A stretch of 64,000 nt of DNA, taken from the NCBI GenBank assembly GCA_005884195.1, contig VBBP01000057.1:17241-81240 (forward strand), given 5' to 3'. This DNA comes from Candidatus Bathyarchaeota archaeon. GTDB lineage: Archaea > Thermoproteota > Bathyarchaeia > 40CM-2-53-6. Positions 10,087-19,720 of the stretch are shown here, in pieces (within the stretch, counting starts at the first letter, position 1; each line of letters starts with the position of its first letter). Made by a program: the position numbers and the translations under genes. The notes under the pieces were generated by a model, which worked only from the letters and a program-made list of their open reading frames with translations, ran no database searches and was not told the origin of the DNA.

Positions 10087-10545
10087 TCACGCAGAGGCTT
10101 CTTTCTTGAGTTTCATCTCGTAGTCATTGATCAATTTCCTTTGCTTCGCATCTAGTTTGTCGATCCATTCATATCTCTCCGTGATGCGTAAATAAAATCC
10201 GAAGGGATCGACAATTCTGAAATCGCGACGCCCCCATTTCTTCAACTGCAACGGTTGAACGATCCTTGCGAATTTCCCGACATTCTTGTAGAGCTGTTCC
10301 ACTCGATCAACAGGGATGATTATCTCGACCCCATAGCCACATTTTGTGGTCTTCTTGAATCGACCGAAGTAGGAGTGGGAGTACACCTTCTGACTGCCGC
10401 CGTAGAAATTCAGCACGCTTTTCATTCTCTTCATTACGAGATAGTCTTCGGTTCGCCACAAGAGCTTGAAGCCGAGTCGCGAGTAGAATTCGATTGCCTT
10501 CTTGAAGTCGGGGACGTGAAGCTCAATATAGACATCTGTTAGCAT
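10087..10545 (-). CDS. VOC (glyoxalase/bleomycin-resistance) family protein
   Basis: MLTDVYIELHVPDFKKAIEFYSRLGFKL.. is a typical VOC beta-alpha-beta-beta-beta module. 152 aa. Confidence 0.6.
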   Translation of the reverse strand: MLTDVYIELHVPDFKKAIEFYSRLGFKLLWRTEDYLVMKRMKSVLNFYGGSQKVYSHSYFGRFKKTTKCGYGVEIIIPVDRVEQLYKNVGKFARIVQPLQLKKWGRRDFRIVDPFGFYLRITERYEWIDKLDAKQRKLINDYEMKLKKEASA

Positions 10546-10556
10546 TGTCTTCGACC

Positions 10557-11408
10557 ATGGTTAGAACGGTACAATTATTTGAAGACCCGAACTTATCCAT
10601 CGACCAGTTATCCGAATTCTACAAGGTCGAGGGATCGCCCCACACCTACCTCATGTTTGTGACCACGATCGATGGGATCGCCGTTCCTCTCGAACCGGGC
10701 CAACGAGGAGGATCCGAAATTGCCCTCCGGCACTTGAAGGATAATCCAATCGCGGCGGGAGGTCTCACCGACAACAGAGCTCTCCAATACGGGTGGGCAT
10801 CAGCCGACGCCGTTCTCGGAGGGGCTGGAATCCTCCGGGACAATCCAAGCGCGACTTGGTACCCCAGAGACAAGGATTTACAGGATCTCTTGAGGAAAGG
10901 GAATCATAAACCCGTCAGGGCAGTTGTAACTGGCAGAGGAGAGGTCGACCTGGAACACCCTGTTTTCAACCCCAAGAACGAGGAGTGGCACCCGGTCATT
11001 TTCACCACGAGGAAAGGAGAGCAGAGGCTAGAGGGTCAGGCGAAACGACTTGGGGCTCAAGGGCTTCGGGCTCTCGAGCTCATCAAGACGTACCCTATCG
11101 GAGACACGAGCATTGACCTGGGCAAAGCAATAGGGATTCTAAGAAAGGACTACAAGGCGAATCTCCTGGATATTCAGGGCGGGCCTCTACTAGCAGGGAA
11201 TGTGGTCAAGGCGATGCTGGTCGACGAGATCAGGCTAACAGTTTCCCCACAGGTCGTGGGAGATCTCAACTCCGAGGGAAAACGAAGACCCGGCTTTGTT
11301 ACTGGGATCCATTTCGGACTGGATGACTCTCCAATCGCAGAACTTGAGTCCATAGGAGTCTCAGGGAGTCATATCTTTCTCAGATACTTGATGAACTACA
11401 GGAACTAG
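10557..11408 (+). CDS. RibD C-terminal-domain (DHFR-like) reductase, likely riboflavin pathway pyrimidine reductase
   Basis: DHFR-like fold signatures (TTIDGIAVPLE, RAVVTGRGEV, IQGGPLLAGNV). Adjacent to ribA. Track start TTG 10545; first ATG 10557. Confidence 0.65.
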   Translation: MVRTVQLFEDPNLSIDQLSEFYKVEGSPHTYLMFVTTIDGIAVPLEPGQRGGSEIALRHLKDNPIAAGGLTDNRALQYGWASADAVLGGAGILRDNPSATWYPRDKDLQDLLRKGNHKPVRAVVTGRGEVDLEHPVFNPKNEEWHPVIFTTRKGEQRLEGQAKRLGAQGLRALELIKTYPIGDTSIDLGKAIGILRKDYKANLLDIQGGPLLAGNVVKAMLVDEIRLTVSPQVVGDLNSEGKRRPGFVTGIHFGLDDSPIAELESIGVSGSHIFLRYLMNYRN

Positions 11409-11419
11409 AGCGACGAGAA

Positions 11420-11767
11420 ATGGAAATGTTTGCGATGCGAGAATTCCAGTTCTCATCGGCTGCCTCGCTCGATGTTGACGAGAAGGCGATGCAGGGCCAC
11501 AACTACGAGCTAAGAGTCGTCGTCAAAGGAACGCCCGACGAAAGAGGGGTGATTCTGGACACGCGTATTATTGAGAGAATCGTCAATCAAGAGATAATCG
11601 CGAAATTGGACAAGAAGAATCTGAATGAGATAATTCCTAATCCAACGATGGAACGGATCTCCGTATGGATCTGGAATAAGCTCAAACCATCAATCAAGGA
11701 GCTACACGAGATTCGAGTGTGGGAAAATAGGAAGAAAGGGACCAGCGTAGTCTACAAAGAGAATTGA
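11420..11767 (+). CDS. 6-pyruvoyl-tetrahydropterin synthase / QueD-like protein
   Basis: 115 aa with the GHNYELRVVV motif (PTPS/QueD HxH-type catalytic region) and a T-fold-like length. Confidence 0.55.
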   Translation: MEMFAMREFQFSSAASLDVDEKAMQGHNYELRVVVKGTPDERGVILDTRIIERIVNQEIIAKLDKKNLNEIIPNPTMERISVWIWNKLKPSIKELHEIRVWENRKKGTSVVYKEN

Positions 11768-11785
11768 GTCAGAGGCGAATCAACA

Positions 11786-13510
11786 TCAGCATTTGACCTT
11801 GGACTCGTTTGCAATCCAATGCTCCATTTTGTTTGACAGAACATCCAGCGCAAGCGCACCGTCGCCGAGAAGCTCGTCGTGGAATCTGCGAATGTCGAAT
11901 CGTGGTCCCAGCGCCTTTTCCGCTTTAGCCCGTAGCTCGCTGATCCTAAGCTGGCCGACTTTGTACGCGAGTGCTTGACCTGGCCATGCAATGTATCTGT
12001 CTACCTCGGATACTATGTTGAGTTCTGAGAGCGCCGTATTTTCTAGGAAGAATTGGATAGCGCGTTCACGCGTCCATCGTTTGTGGTGTATTCCAGTGTC
12101 GACGACAAGTCGGGCTGCTCGCCAGGCGTCGAAGCTTAGCCTCCCAAAATCAGAAAGTGCATCCTTGTAGAAACCAACCAGCTTAGGGAGTTCTTCCGAA
12201 TAGAGCCCCCAGCCTTCAATGAACGCAGTATAGCCTCCATTTCTCCGAAACTTAGGCAGATCCGTCAGTTCTTGCTGAATTGCCAGCTGTAGATGATGTC
12301 CAGGCACCGCCTCATGGTACGCAAGAACCTCCATCGTGTACTTGGGCCGTTGCTCAGGTCGGAACGTGTTCACATAGAAGTAAGCTGGACGTGAGCCATC
12401 TTCGGGCGGCCGGTAGTAGTAGGCGTCTGGGGCGGCCTCGGCTCTGAACGCTTCGATTTCACGGAATCCGTATTTCGCCTTGGGTAATCGTCCAAACAAT
12501 AAGGGGAGCTTGGCGTCCATCTGCTTTAGAATATTCTTGAATCCGGCCATGAGCTCAGCGCTGGTATTATTGTAGAGTGACCTGTCCTGTCTGAGTGACG
12601 AGATGAAATCTTGCAAAGACCCCTTAGAACCGATCTGGTTAGCAATCGCACGCATCTCCCTGTGAATACGTGACAGTTCCGTAAGACCTAGATCATGAAT
12701 CTCGTCGGCTGACAGGTTTGTGGTAGTGTAGTGTCTGACCGTGTAGGCATATCGTTCGTTCCCGTCGGGAAGGGACCAGATGCCCGCGTCGCTTCGACAT
12801 GCAGGGAGGTACTCTTCTTTGAAGAAGACGAGGAGCTTCTCAAAACCCGGAACAACTGATTGTCGAATCGCTTCCTCGATATTGTTCCTTATGCGAAGGG
12901 CGTCTCTCGGATTGATTCCTGGTGGAATGTTCTCGACCGATTTGTATAGATCGAGCTTCTTGGGATCTTCGACAATGTTCGCTTCCAGTTGGGGAATGAT
13001 TTTTTCGGCGGTCACTTTAGCGAGAACAATGTGGGCTCGTGTTCCAGTTCGCATGCTCTGAATGATCTGGTCAACAAGTCGGGGAAAGGCTTGAAGACGG
13101 CTCGAAAAGCTCTCGAAATCCTGGATGGACCCGAAGGGGTGATAGGTGATCAGCTCAGGAATGTCGATCTGGAGACCAGACTGTTGAGTCATAGGTGTTA
13201 GATACGGACGAAACTTCGCCGACTCCAGATTATCCTCTAATTCGCGTTCAAAGAGTTCGTAGTTCAGCAGATTCGGCTTTGAGGATGGCTTCCTGAAACT
13301 CCTTAGCTGGTCCAGAAATTTCTTGGACTGAGTGACTCGACGATGAAACGCGGCCTCCGAGGCATCTTCGAGAACACTATCATATCGATGGTCCCCTAGG
13401 TAGGTCGCGCTGAGAGGATACTCTTTGAGGACAAATTCCCAATAATCGTCGTACAATTGGTTAAGCTGGGTCACGGCCTCAATAGAGGGGCCTGATTTCC
13501 CGGGCGTCAT
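11786..13510 (-). CDS. DUF885 family protein (putative zinc-metallopeptidase-like, bacterial type)
   Basis: 574 aa. HEAVPGHHLQ zinc-binding-like motif and overall DUF885 organisation. Confidence 0.65.
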   Translation of the reverse strand: MTPGKSGPSIEAVTQLNQLYDDYWEFVLKEYPLSATYLGDHRYDSVLEDASEAAFHRRVTQSKKFLDQLRSFRKPSSKPNLLNYELFERELEDNLESAKFRPYLTPMTQQSGLQIDIPELITYHPFGSIQDFESFSSRLQAFPRLVDQIIQSMRTGTRAHIVLAKVTAEKIIPQLEANIVEDPKKLDLYKSVENIPPGINPRDALRIRNNIEEAIRQSVVPGFEKLLVFFKEEYLPACRSDAGIWSLPDGNERYAYTVRHYTTTNLSADEIHDLGLTELSRIHREMRAIANQIGSKGSLQDFISSLRQDRSLYNNTSAELMAGFKNILKQMDAKLPLLFGRLPKAKYGFREIEAFRAEAAPDAYYYRPPEDGSRPAYFYVNTFRPEQRPKYTMEVLAYHEAVPGHHLQLAIQQELTDLPKFRRNGGYTAFIEGWGLYSEELPKLVGFYKDALSDFGRLSFDAWRAARLVVDTGIHHKRWTRERAIQFFLENTALSELNIVSEVDRYIAWPGQALAYKVGQLRISELRAKAEKALGPRFDIRRFHDELLGDGALALDVLSNKMEHWIANESKVKC

Positions 13511-13664
13511 ACCTGTCAGTTTGGCAACTCCCTCATGGAATTTAGTTTATGGGCAAGAGGTATAACGTAAGACGTACCGCTCAAACCTCAATTCTCTATC
13601 GACCATCGAAGTCCTTTCCAGTAGTCGGAGAAGGCTAATTACGAGAAATGGAACTGATCATCGC

Positions 13665-15236
13665 GTGGCTAGCAGCGATTTCAGTTCGGCTTTGATCTAC
13701 CACGAGGCGACAAAACACTCCGAGGTGAGTATCGGAGCATCAGCTCACTACCTCGATTGGGACAACAAACCGTCGCAGTTCAAAGAGTACGAGGGCCTTC
13801 CCTCTGTAGCGCTCCCACGCAATTTTCCCCATCCAAAGCAGCGGTCTATCGGCGCGATTAGTAGCGAGCCGTCGAATAAAAGCGTCAAGCAGATCGAGGT
13901 CGGGGATCTTGCCGAGCTTCTCTTCTTTTCTGCAGGACTCACGCGGAAGATGAGATTTGGAAAGGGGTTCTACTATATGCGGGCGGCCTCTGCAACAGGC
14001 GCACTGTATCCGATCGAAACATACGTGATCTCTGGCCGAATCCCTGGCTTAGAGGCAGGAGTGTATCACTTTAACCCCCTACACTTCTCGTTAGTGAAAC
14101 TGCGAGAGGGAGATTATCGATGCACGCTAGATGACGCAGGCAGCCCCGACAGCCAGTCTGCACCGTTCACCTTGGCATTCACATCCTTAGCATGGAGGAA
14201 TGCATGGAAGTATGAAGCCAGATCCTATCGTCATTGGTTCTGGGACTCTGGAGTCATCGCGGCTAATCTCCTAGCCACTTCCAATTCGGCGGGCATCGCC
14301 ACCAAACTTGAACTAGGCTTCGTTGATTCCGAGCTCGACCAGCTTCTAGGCCTAAAGCCAAAGAAAGAGGCAACCGTCGCATTGGCGGTTGTCGGAGGAG
14401 GCCGTGCCGAAGATGCTCCTAGGATGCGTCAGCCAGTTCAGAGTCTTGCCCTTGACGTCAACCCCTTGTCAAGGGAGGAAGCTGACTATCCGATAATTTG
14501 GGAAGCCAACGAGGCGTCCGAATTAGAGAGCAAGTCAGAGACCGAGTCTTGGAGGACGAGGCTAGAACCATCCAAACGAACGGTTCGACCAACTACCCCT
14601 GCCTTTCCATTACGAGGCACAAAAAAAGACACGTCTCCGCCCCTAGACGAAGTGATTCTTCTCCGAGGCTCCACTCGAAAATTCGCTCGTCAACCCATCT
14701 CCTTCGATAATCTCTCCACGATTATCCGCGCTTCCACGACCAACACCTTTCTGGATTTCCTTCCAGACAACGAGGCATTGATTGACTTCTACTTCATAGC
14801 CAACGACGTCCAGGGGCTCCCAACGGGATCCTACTTCTACAACCATGACAAGAACTCTGTCGATCAATTGAAGCCTCACGGAAACCGCTCCGTGTCCGGT
14901 TACCTTTGTCTCGGACAGTCGCTCTTCAGCGATGCGAGTGTAGTATTTTTCCTCATGACCAACCTGACTTTCGCGCTGAAATCCCTTGGCAACAGAGGCT
15001 ATCGAGCAGCGCAGTTCGAAGCAGGTGTTCGTGCAGGGAAGATCTACCTCTCCTCTTATGCAGTGGGAATCGGGGCCTCTGGCTCGACATTCTTCGATGA
15101 TGCCGCCACAGAATTCTTCTCGCCACATGCTAAGGGGAAGAGCCCCATGATCGCCGTCGGAGTTGGAGTCCCAGGATACAAGGCAAGATCAGGTAGAGTT
15201 CTTCCGCAGATGACGATGAAGGCTCAAACATCATAA
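13665..15236 (+). CDS. tandem SagB-type (nitroreductase-fold) dehydrogenase
   Basis: Starts ..LIYHEATKHS.. (YHxxTKH signature of SagB-type dehydrogenase domains). ~520 aa is consistent with two nitroreductase-like halves. Confidence 0.65.
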   Translation: MASSDFSSALIYHEATKHSEVSIGASAHYLDWDNKPSQFKEYEGLPSVALPRNFPHPKQRSIGAISSEPSNKSVKQIEVGDLAELLFFSAGLTRKMRFGKGFYYMRAASATGALYPIETYVISGRIPGLEAGVYHFNPLHFSLVKLREGDYRCTLDDAGSPDSQSAPFTLAFTSLAWRNAWKYEARSYRHWFWDSGVIAANLLATSNSAGIATKLELGFVDSELDQLLGLKPKKEATVALAVVGGGRAEDAPRMRQPVQSLALDVNPLSREEADYPIIWEANEASELESKSETESWRTRLEPSKRTVRPTTPAFPLRGTKKDTSPPLDEVILLRGSTRKFARQPISFDNLSTIIRASTTNTFLDFLPDNEALIDFYFIANDVQGLPTGSYFYNHDKNSVDQLKPHGNRSVSGYLCLGQSLFSDASVVFFLMTNLTFALKSLGNRGYRAAQFEAGVRAGKIYLSSYAVGIGASGSTFFDDAATEFFSPHAKGKSPMIAVGVGVPGYKARSGRVLPQMTMKAQTS

Positions 15237-15335
15237 GGAACAATCTGGTGTGGCCGATTTGCCCCCGACAAGTCAAAGTGATGCCCTGAACAGGGATCGT
15301 GCTCGGAGAAGCGCTTTATCGTTCGAGGTATCGAA

Positions 15336-15596
15336 TTGAGCAGTAACATCTGTCCGCGATGCCACAAGACGATTAGGATACCTGAAGAGGAAGTCATCGT
15401 AGTCAGGACAAGGCTCGGAAAGGGGAAGACTGAGGACCGAATGGTCCACAAGGTATGTCCGTCAAGCGAGCCCGTGGCTCAAGTTGGAGGCCAACAATAC
15501 TGCACCACCTGCGGCCATGCGAAATCGATTCATTCGTCCCGCTGTTCATACTCAAGCTTCGACTATCGTTGCGATTGCAAGGAATTCCGCGGTTAA
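15336..15596 (+). CDS. small cysteine-rich (8 Cys) zinc-ribbon-like protein
   Basis: CPRC..VCPSS..YCTTCGH..RCSY..CDC. TTG start in the ORF track, true start uncertain. Confidence 0.35.
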   Translation: MSSNICPRCHKTIRIPEEEVIVVRTRLGKGKTEDRMVHKVCPSSEPVAQVGGQQYCTTCGHAKSIHSSRCSYSSFDYRCDCKEFRG

Positions 15597-15644
15597 GTCC
15601 GAAACCCTCTGGACGCAAGTGATGAGGATACTGAAGTACGAGAT

Positions 15645-16103
15645 ATGAATAGCCGATTAGCGGTCATTTGGCCGGGAGTATGCCGGGGTTTGGAGTCGAT
15701 CGATAAGAAACTGAACCGTCTAAGACGCGCGGCCAAATGGCTCGTCTACGCCTCGGTAATTCTCGGAGTAGCTCTATTGATTCAGCTCTACACACTCATG
15801 GTCCCTTCCTGGTTATTCTACTCAATCCTTGCCGGTTGGATACTCTATCTTGTCGTTGCGATTGCCGTGGCAACCGGCCGCGACAAGGCATATCCCGCAG
15901 CCCTCGCCCTGTCAATCGTAACTCTGGCTGTATCTCTCCCACAACCGGAACACTACTCTCTCGCTGAAACCGGCCCAACACTCGCATCGTTGACCTTCAG
16001 TGCCGGGTCAGTATTACAGGTAGGCGTGATAATTCTCGTAGCGTCCTCTATGTTTTTAGAAAGAAGACAACTAGACGTCAGAACGGATTCACTGCAGGGA
16101 TGA
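15645..16103 (+). CDS. hypothetical membrane protein
   Basis: 152 aa with 3-4 predicted TM helices (WLVYASVILGVALLIQLYTLMV..). Confidence 0.4.
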   Translation: MNSRLAVIWPGVCRGLESIDKKLNRLRRAAKWLVYASVILGVALLIQLYTLMVPSWLFYSILAGWILYLVVAIAVATGRDKAYPAALALSIVTLAVSLPQPEHYSLAETGPTLASLTFSAGSVLQVGVIILVASSMFLERRQLDVRTDSLQG

Positions 16104-16269
16104 CGAGCCGAGAGTCCTCCGATTTGTAGGGGTAGCCGTCTTTGGGGAGCCGATCCAATTCCCCGACTCCGGTTGAGACCATCGGATAGCAATCAAAAGG
16201 CCGAAATGCCAGACTATGAAAGTTGCGCCTCAGAAAGACCAAATAGCGACTGCTTGTTGAGGGCGGTCG

Positions 16270-16923
16270 ATGCAGCAGTCAAGCCCTGGAGTCCGTCCGC
16301 GTCCTCGAATCGAGACTCTCGCCGACTTGGTTTTTGGGCTCTCGCTTTCAATTGGCTCCATTGCCCTCATAGCGAATCCTCCGAAAAGCGCGGGCGAGAT
16401 AACAACGCACATCCTTGCGTTCGCCTACACGTTCTTCGTGCTCATCACCGCCTGGCTGATCTATACGACTTACATGTCAGTCTTGCCTGTCGAGACACGG
16501 ACCGTAACTTTCCTCAACGTAGGGCTTCTCCTCCTGGTTGCGATCGTTCCGTACCTGCTGAATGGTGTGGAGGTGGCAAACCCTTCCTTGACCCCGGATG
16601 AAGTATCTATGATCCAGAACTATTCTTCGACGCTCTTCGCGCTTGACCTTGGGGGAATCCTGCTAATCTTAGCGACTTTCGCTCACGTTATCAGTTTGGA
16701 GGAGAAGAAGCTCGTGGCTCCGGAACTGGTTACATTATTCCGGAACGGACGGAACCGAATGGCTATCCTCGCAGTTCTGACACTGATTTCTGTCGCTCCG
16801 GAGCTCTGGGAGTGGACACTGTTAGGTGTCCCTATCAGGCTCTACCTATGGTATCCACCATTGATATCCTACTGGGTCGGGAGGGCGGTCAGGCCGGACA
16901 GTCGTACATACAAGCTCGCCTAG
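16270..16923 (+). CDS. DUF1211/TMEM175-like membrane protein (putative K+ channel family)
   Basis: RIETLADLVFGLSLSIGSIAL.. resembles the DUF1211 N-terminal helix motif. ~6 TM segments. Confidence 0.5.
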   Translation: MQQSSPGVRPRPRIETLADLVFGLSLSIGSIALIANPPKSAGEITTHILAFAYTFFVLITAWLIYTTYMSVLPVETRTVTFLNVGLLLLVAIVPYLLNGVEVANPSLTPDEVSMIQNYSSTLFALDLGGILLILATFAHVISLEEKKLVAPELVTLFRNGRNRMAILAVLTLISVAPELWEWTLLGVPIRLYLWYPPLISYWVGRAVRPDSRTYKLA

Positions 16924-16995
16924 AAATGACATGAGATATTAGTGAAGCCAAATTCAAGACTCGTCGATGGTTGGTGAGCCTACCGCGAGGGGAGC

Positions 16996-17011
16996 TTTGG
17001 TGCGGCCGCCG
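16996..17011. repeat. 16-nt direct repeat tttggtgcggccgccg = copy of tRNA-Gly 3' end (att-like)
   Basis: Identical 16-mer at 19719-19734 overlapping the 3' terminus (incl. CCA) of the tRNA. Flanking gggtgttcg resembles a degraded T-arm. Confidence 0.45.
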
Positions 17012-17482
17012 AACACCCAACTATAGGTGCAAATCCCATACGCCAACCCCGATACCGTAAACTTCTCAGAAGGATTTGACCCCGCAGCAAACGGTGCGAG
17101 AATCGATCTACGGCGTCAGTACCCAAGCAGATACTCGAATCCGACTGCTACGCGGATGCGTATTGGGGGGGTGTGCGGAGGGGTCGATTCGGGCGCTAGT
17201 TTACCGGTACATTAGGCAAATTTCTTGAGGATTTCTATTCAAACAGACTCAAAACGATTGGACCGAGACGCCTTGCATCTGCGACGCATGAGTCAAAACT
17301 AGCAAGGAAAACAGGTCAGGCTTACACAGAAGGCGAGTCTAGAAACACGATTCTGAACCACCTTCCCTATCGAAGACATGAAGACAAAACAGGCTAGCAG
17401 TAGAACATTCGTACGAGGAACACACTGCCGAGACGCCTGGTCAAGTTGGCTTTACCTACTTGGTTGCAATTGACTACTACCT

Positions 17483-17488
17483 ATATAG
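17483..17488 (+). promoter_or_regulatory. TATA box (ctaTATATAgg) ~40 bp upstream of the LUD-domain gene
   Basis: AT-rich hexamer at archaeal promoter distance from ATG 17527. Confidence 0.35.
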
Positions 17489-17526
17489 GTAAGAGACGGA
17501 GGCCGGTGGGCAAAGGCGTTACGTGA

Positions 17527-18177
17527 ATGAGCACAATCGAAACCACGAAAATCCCTGACCTACCAAAATGGGAAAGTTTACCCGACAAGCAGACCGTCGC
17601 GCGGACTATTGAGTCGTTGAAGAGCCGAGGCATCAACGCCGAACTCGTCGGTACACAGCAAGAAGCGTTGAGAGTAGTTGCGGGCAAGATTCCTGAAGGC
17701 GCGGAAGTAATGACGGGCGCGTCGACCAGCCTCGACCAGATCGGTTTCACTGAACTGTTGAAGTCGGGAAAACACCATTGGAAGAACATAAAGGACGAGG
17801 TAATGAGCGATAAGGACCCGGGGAAGCAGAGAGAGATCCGGGTCAAGGCGACAGGAGCGGAGTACTTCGTTGGAAGCGTCCAGGCGGTCGCCGAGACGGG
17901 AGAAGTCGTGGTTGCTAGTGCATCCGGTAGCCAGATACCTGCCTATGCGTTCAACGCTAGAAACGTCATATGGGTAGTTGGCACCCAGAAGATTGTCCCA
18001 AGCCTTGAACAAGGTCTGAGGAGGGTACGGGAACACGCGCTGCCTTTGGAGACCGCTAGGATGAAAGGGCTCGGCTACCCGGGAAGCATGATTGGCAAAA
18101 TGCTGATCCTAGAGAGGGAAAGGGTCCCGGGGCGAAACCTCACAATGGTACTTGTAAACGAAAAACTTGGTTTCTAG
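17527..18177 (+). CDS. LUD (DUF162, LutC-like) domain protein
   Basis: 216 aa. Pattern of the lactate-utilisation LUD domain (..QIPAYAFNARNVIWVVGTQKIVPSLEQ..). Confidence 0.6.
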   Translation: MSTIETTKIPDLPKWESLPDKQTVARTIESLKSRGINAELVGTQQEALRVVAGKIPEGAEVMTGASTSLDQIGFTELLKSGKHHWKNIKDEVMSDKDPGKQREIRVKATGAEYFVGSVQAVAETGEVVVASASGSQIPAYAFNARNVIWVVGTQKIVPSLEQGLRRVREHALPLETARMKGLGYPGSMIGKMLILERERVPGRNLTMVLVNEKLGF

Positions 18178-18255
18178 ACGAGGAGCAATTCCGTGATCAC
18201 TGAACTCGCCCTATGATTTCATGGACTTCGATGGTGTAGTTTACAAGGACAAGGG

Positions 18256-19374
18256 ATGACCACTGTGAGCAAGAATGGAGACAAGAGAATTCGCGTCGGC
18301 ATCATCGGCGCCAATCCGGATCGTGGATGGGCGGCTGAGGCGCACATCCCTGCTTTGAAGTCGCTCTCTGATCAATTCGAGATCACGGCATTGTCCACCA
18401 GCCGACGCGAATCTGCCGATGCCGCAAGCAAGCTCTTCGGTGTGCCTGTCGCGTTCGATAATCACCAAGATCTCGTGAACAGGGCCGATGTGGATGTCGT
18501 CGCCATCACCGTGAAAGTGCCGTATCACCTCGAACTTGCGACGGCAGCGCTCGACGCGGGTAAGGCCGTCTATTGCGAATGGCCGCTCGGCAACGGCTTG
18601 AAAGAGGCGCAGACCTTGGCTGTACTGGCGAAGAAGATGGGCGTCCTCGGCGTGGTGGGACTGCAGGCCCGCTCTGCGCCGTCGGTGGCTTACGTACGTG
18701 ATCTGATCAAGCAAGGGTACGTCGGTGAGGTGCTCTCGACCACGTTGATTGGTTCAGGAATGGGCTGGGGACCAACAGTGGAGCCGTTAAACGCCTACCT
18801 CAATGACAAGAAAAACGGTGCGACGATGCTCTCGATCGCCCTTGGCCACGCGGCGGACGCGCTCTGTCACTGCCTCGGCGAGATCCAAGAGCTCTCGGCC
18901 ACAACGACCGTGCGCCGAAAGTCCTTCACAATCGCGGGGACGAGCGAAAGCAGGCCCATGAACGCGGATGATCAGGTGTTGGTCAGCGGACTGCTCAGGG
19001 GCGGGGCTGCGCTATCGATCCACTATCGCGGCGGCGTTTCGCGCGGCACGAACCTGCTCTGGGAGATCAACGGCACCGAGGGCGATCTGCAGCTCACCGC
19101 CGCCGGCGGCCAAGCTCAAATCTTCGAGATGACCGTACGAGGCGGCAAGGGCGCGCAGTCCTCGCTCAAGATGCTGCCCGTGCCAGAGAAGTACAGGTGG
19201 TCGCCGCCGCAAGGCCCTTCAACCAACGTGGCCCAAGCGTACGCGCGTTTCGCCCGCGATTATCGAGAGGGAACGCATTTGTGCCCTACGTTCGAAGACG
19301 CGGTCACGCGCCATCGCATGCTGGACGCGATCGAGACGGCCGCGGAAACCGGTCAGCGTCAAACGCTTGGTTAA
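18256..19374 (+). CDS. Gfo/Idh/MocA family NAD(P)-dependent oxidoreductase (bacterial-like, GC-rich)
   Basis: RVGIIGANPDRGWAAEAHIPAL Rossmann N-terminus. The EWPLG motif is CEWPLG here. Sampled lines are 62-65% GC vs ~50-58% elsewhere. Confidence 0.85.
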   Translation: MTTVSKNGDKRIRVGIIGANPDRGWAAEAHIPALKSLSDQFEITALSTSRRESADAASKLFGVPVAFDNHQDLVNRADVDVVAITVKVPYHLELATAALDAGKAVYCEWPLGNGLKEAQTLAVLAKKMGVLGVVGLQARSAPSVAYVRDLIKQGYVGEVLSTTLIGSGMGWGPTVEPLNAYLNDKKNGATMLSIALGHAADALCHCLGEIQELSATTTVRRKSFTIAGTSESRPMNADDQVLVSGLLRGGAALSIHYRGGVSRGTNLLWEINGTEGDLQLTAAGGQAQIFEMTVRGGKGAQSSLKMLPVPEKYRWSPPQGPSTNVAQAYARFARDYREGTHLCPTFEDAVTRHRMLDAIETAAETGQRQTLG

Positions 19375-19423
19375 AGTGTTTCTGAGGTTGAAAAGCGCGA
19401 AACAAGGAATCGCTTAGAGATTG

Positions 19424-19453
19424 TTGCGACTAGATACCCTGCGCAGGTCGCAA
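19424..19453 (+). terminator. nested GC hairpin (TTGCGAC..CTGCGCAG..GTCGCAA) ~50 nt after oxidoreductase stop
   Basis: 7-bp inverted repeat enclosing the palindromic CTGCGCAG. Confidence 0.3.
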
Positions 19454-19720
19454 TCCTCGAGAGTGGTACGGCTGATTGATTTCTCAAAAAATCGCAAGCT
19501 CTTAGCTGTCTGACTCGTCCTAGCACCGTTTGTCGTTAACCCTCGCAGCAACCAGTGAAGGAAATTGAGCATGGCTGTGCTCACGTTAAGTCCATACGCA
19601 GCAATTGACCGGCGTTTCTCGGGCTTGATGCGGTGCGCTACCTGCGCACCATCCCTTAGGTTCAAATCGCCACTCGATTTTCAAAAATTTTGTTCGTCCA
19701 GTATGAGGTTTGGCCAGGTT

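Noticed and set aside
16924-17526. 600-bp ORF-free region scanned for ncRNA (SRP, RNase P, C/D box)
   Set aside because: No recognisable conserved RNA motifs. Only the tRNA-end duplicate and a TATA box were identified.
18241-19212. Minus-strand ORFs (157 aa, 66 aa) within the Gfo/Idh/MocA gene
   Set aside because: GC-rich sense gene creates long antisense open frames. The sense frame has clear Rossmann and oxidoreductase motifs.
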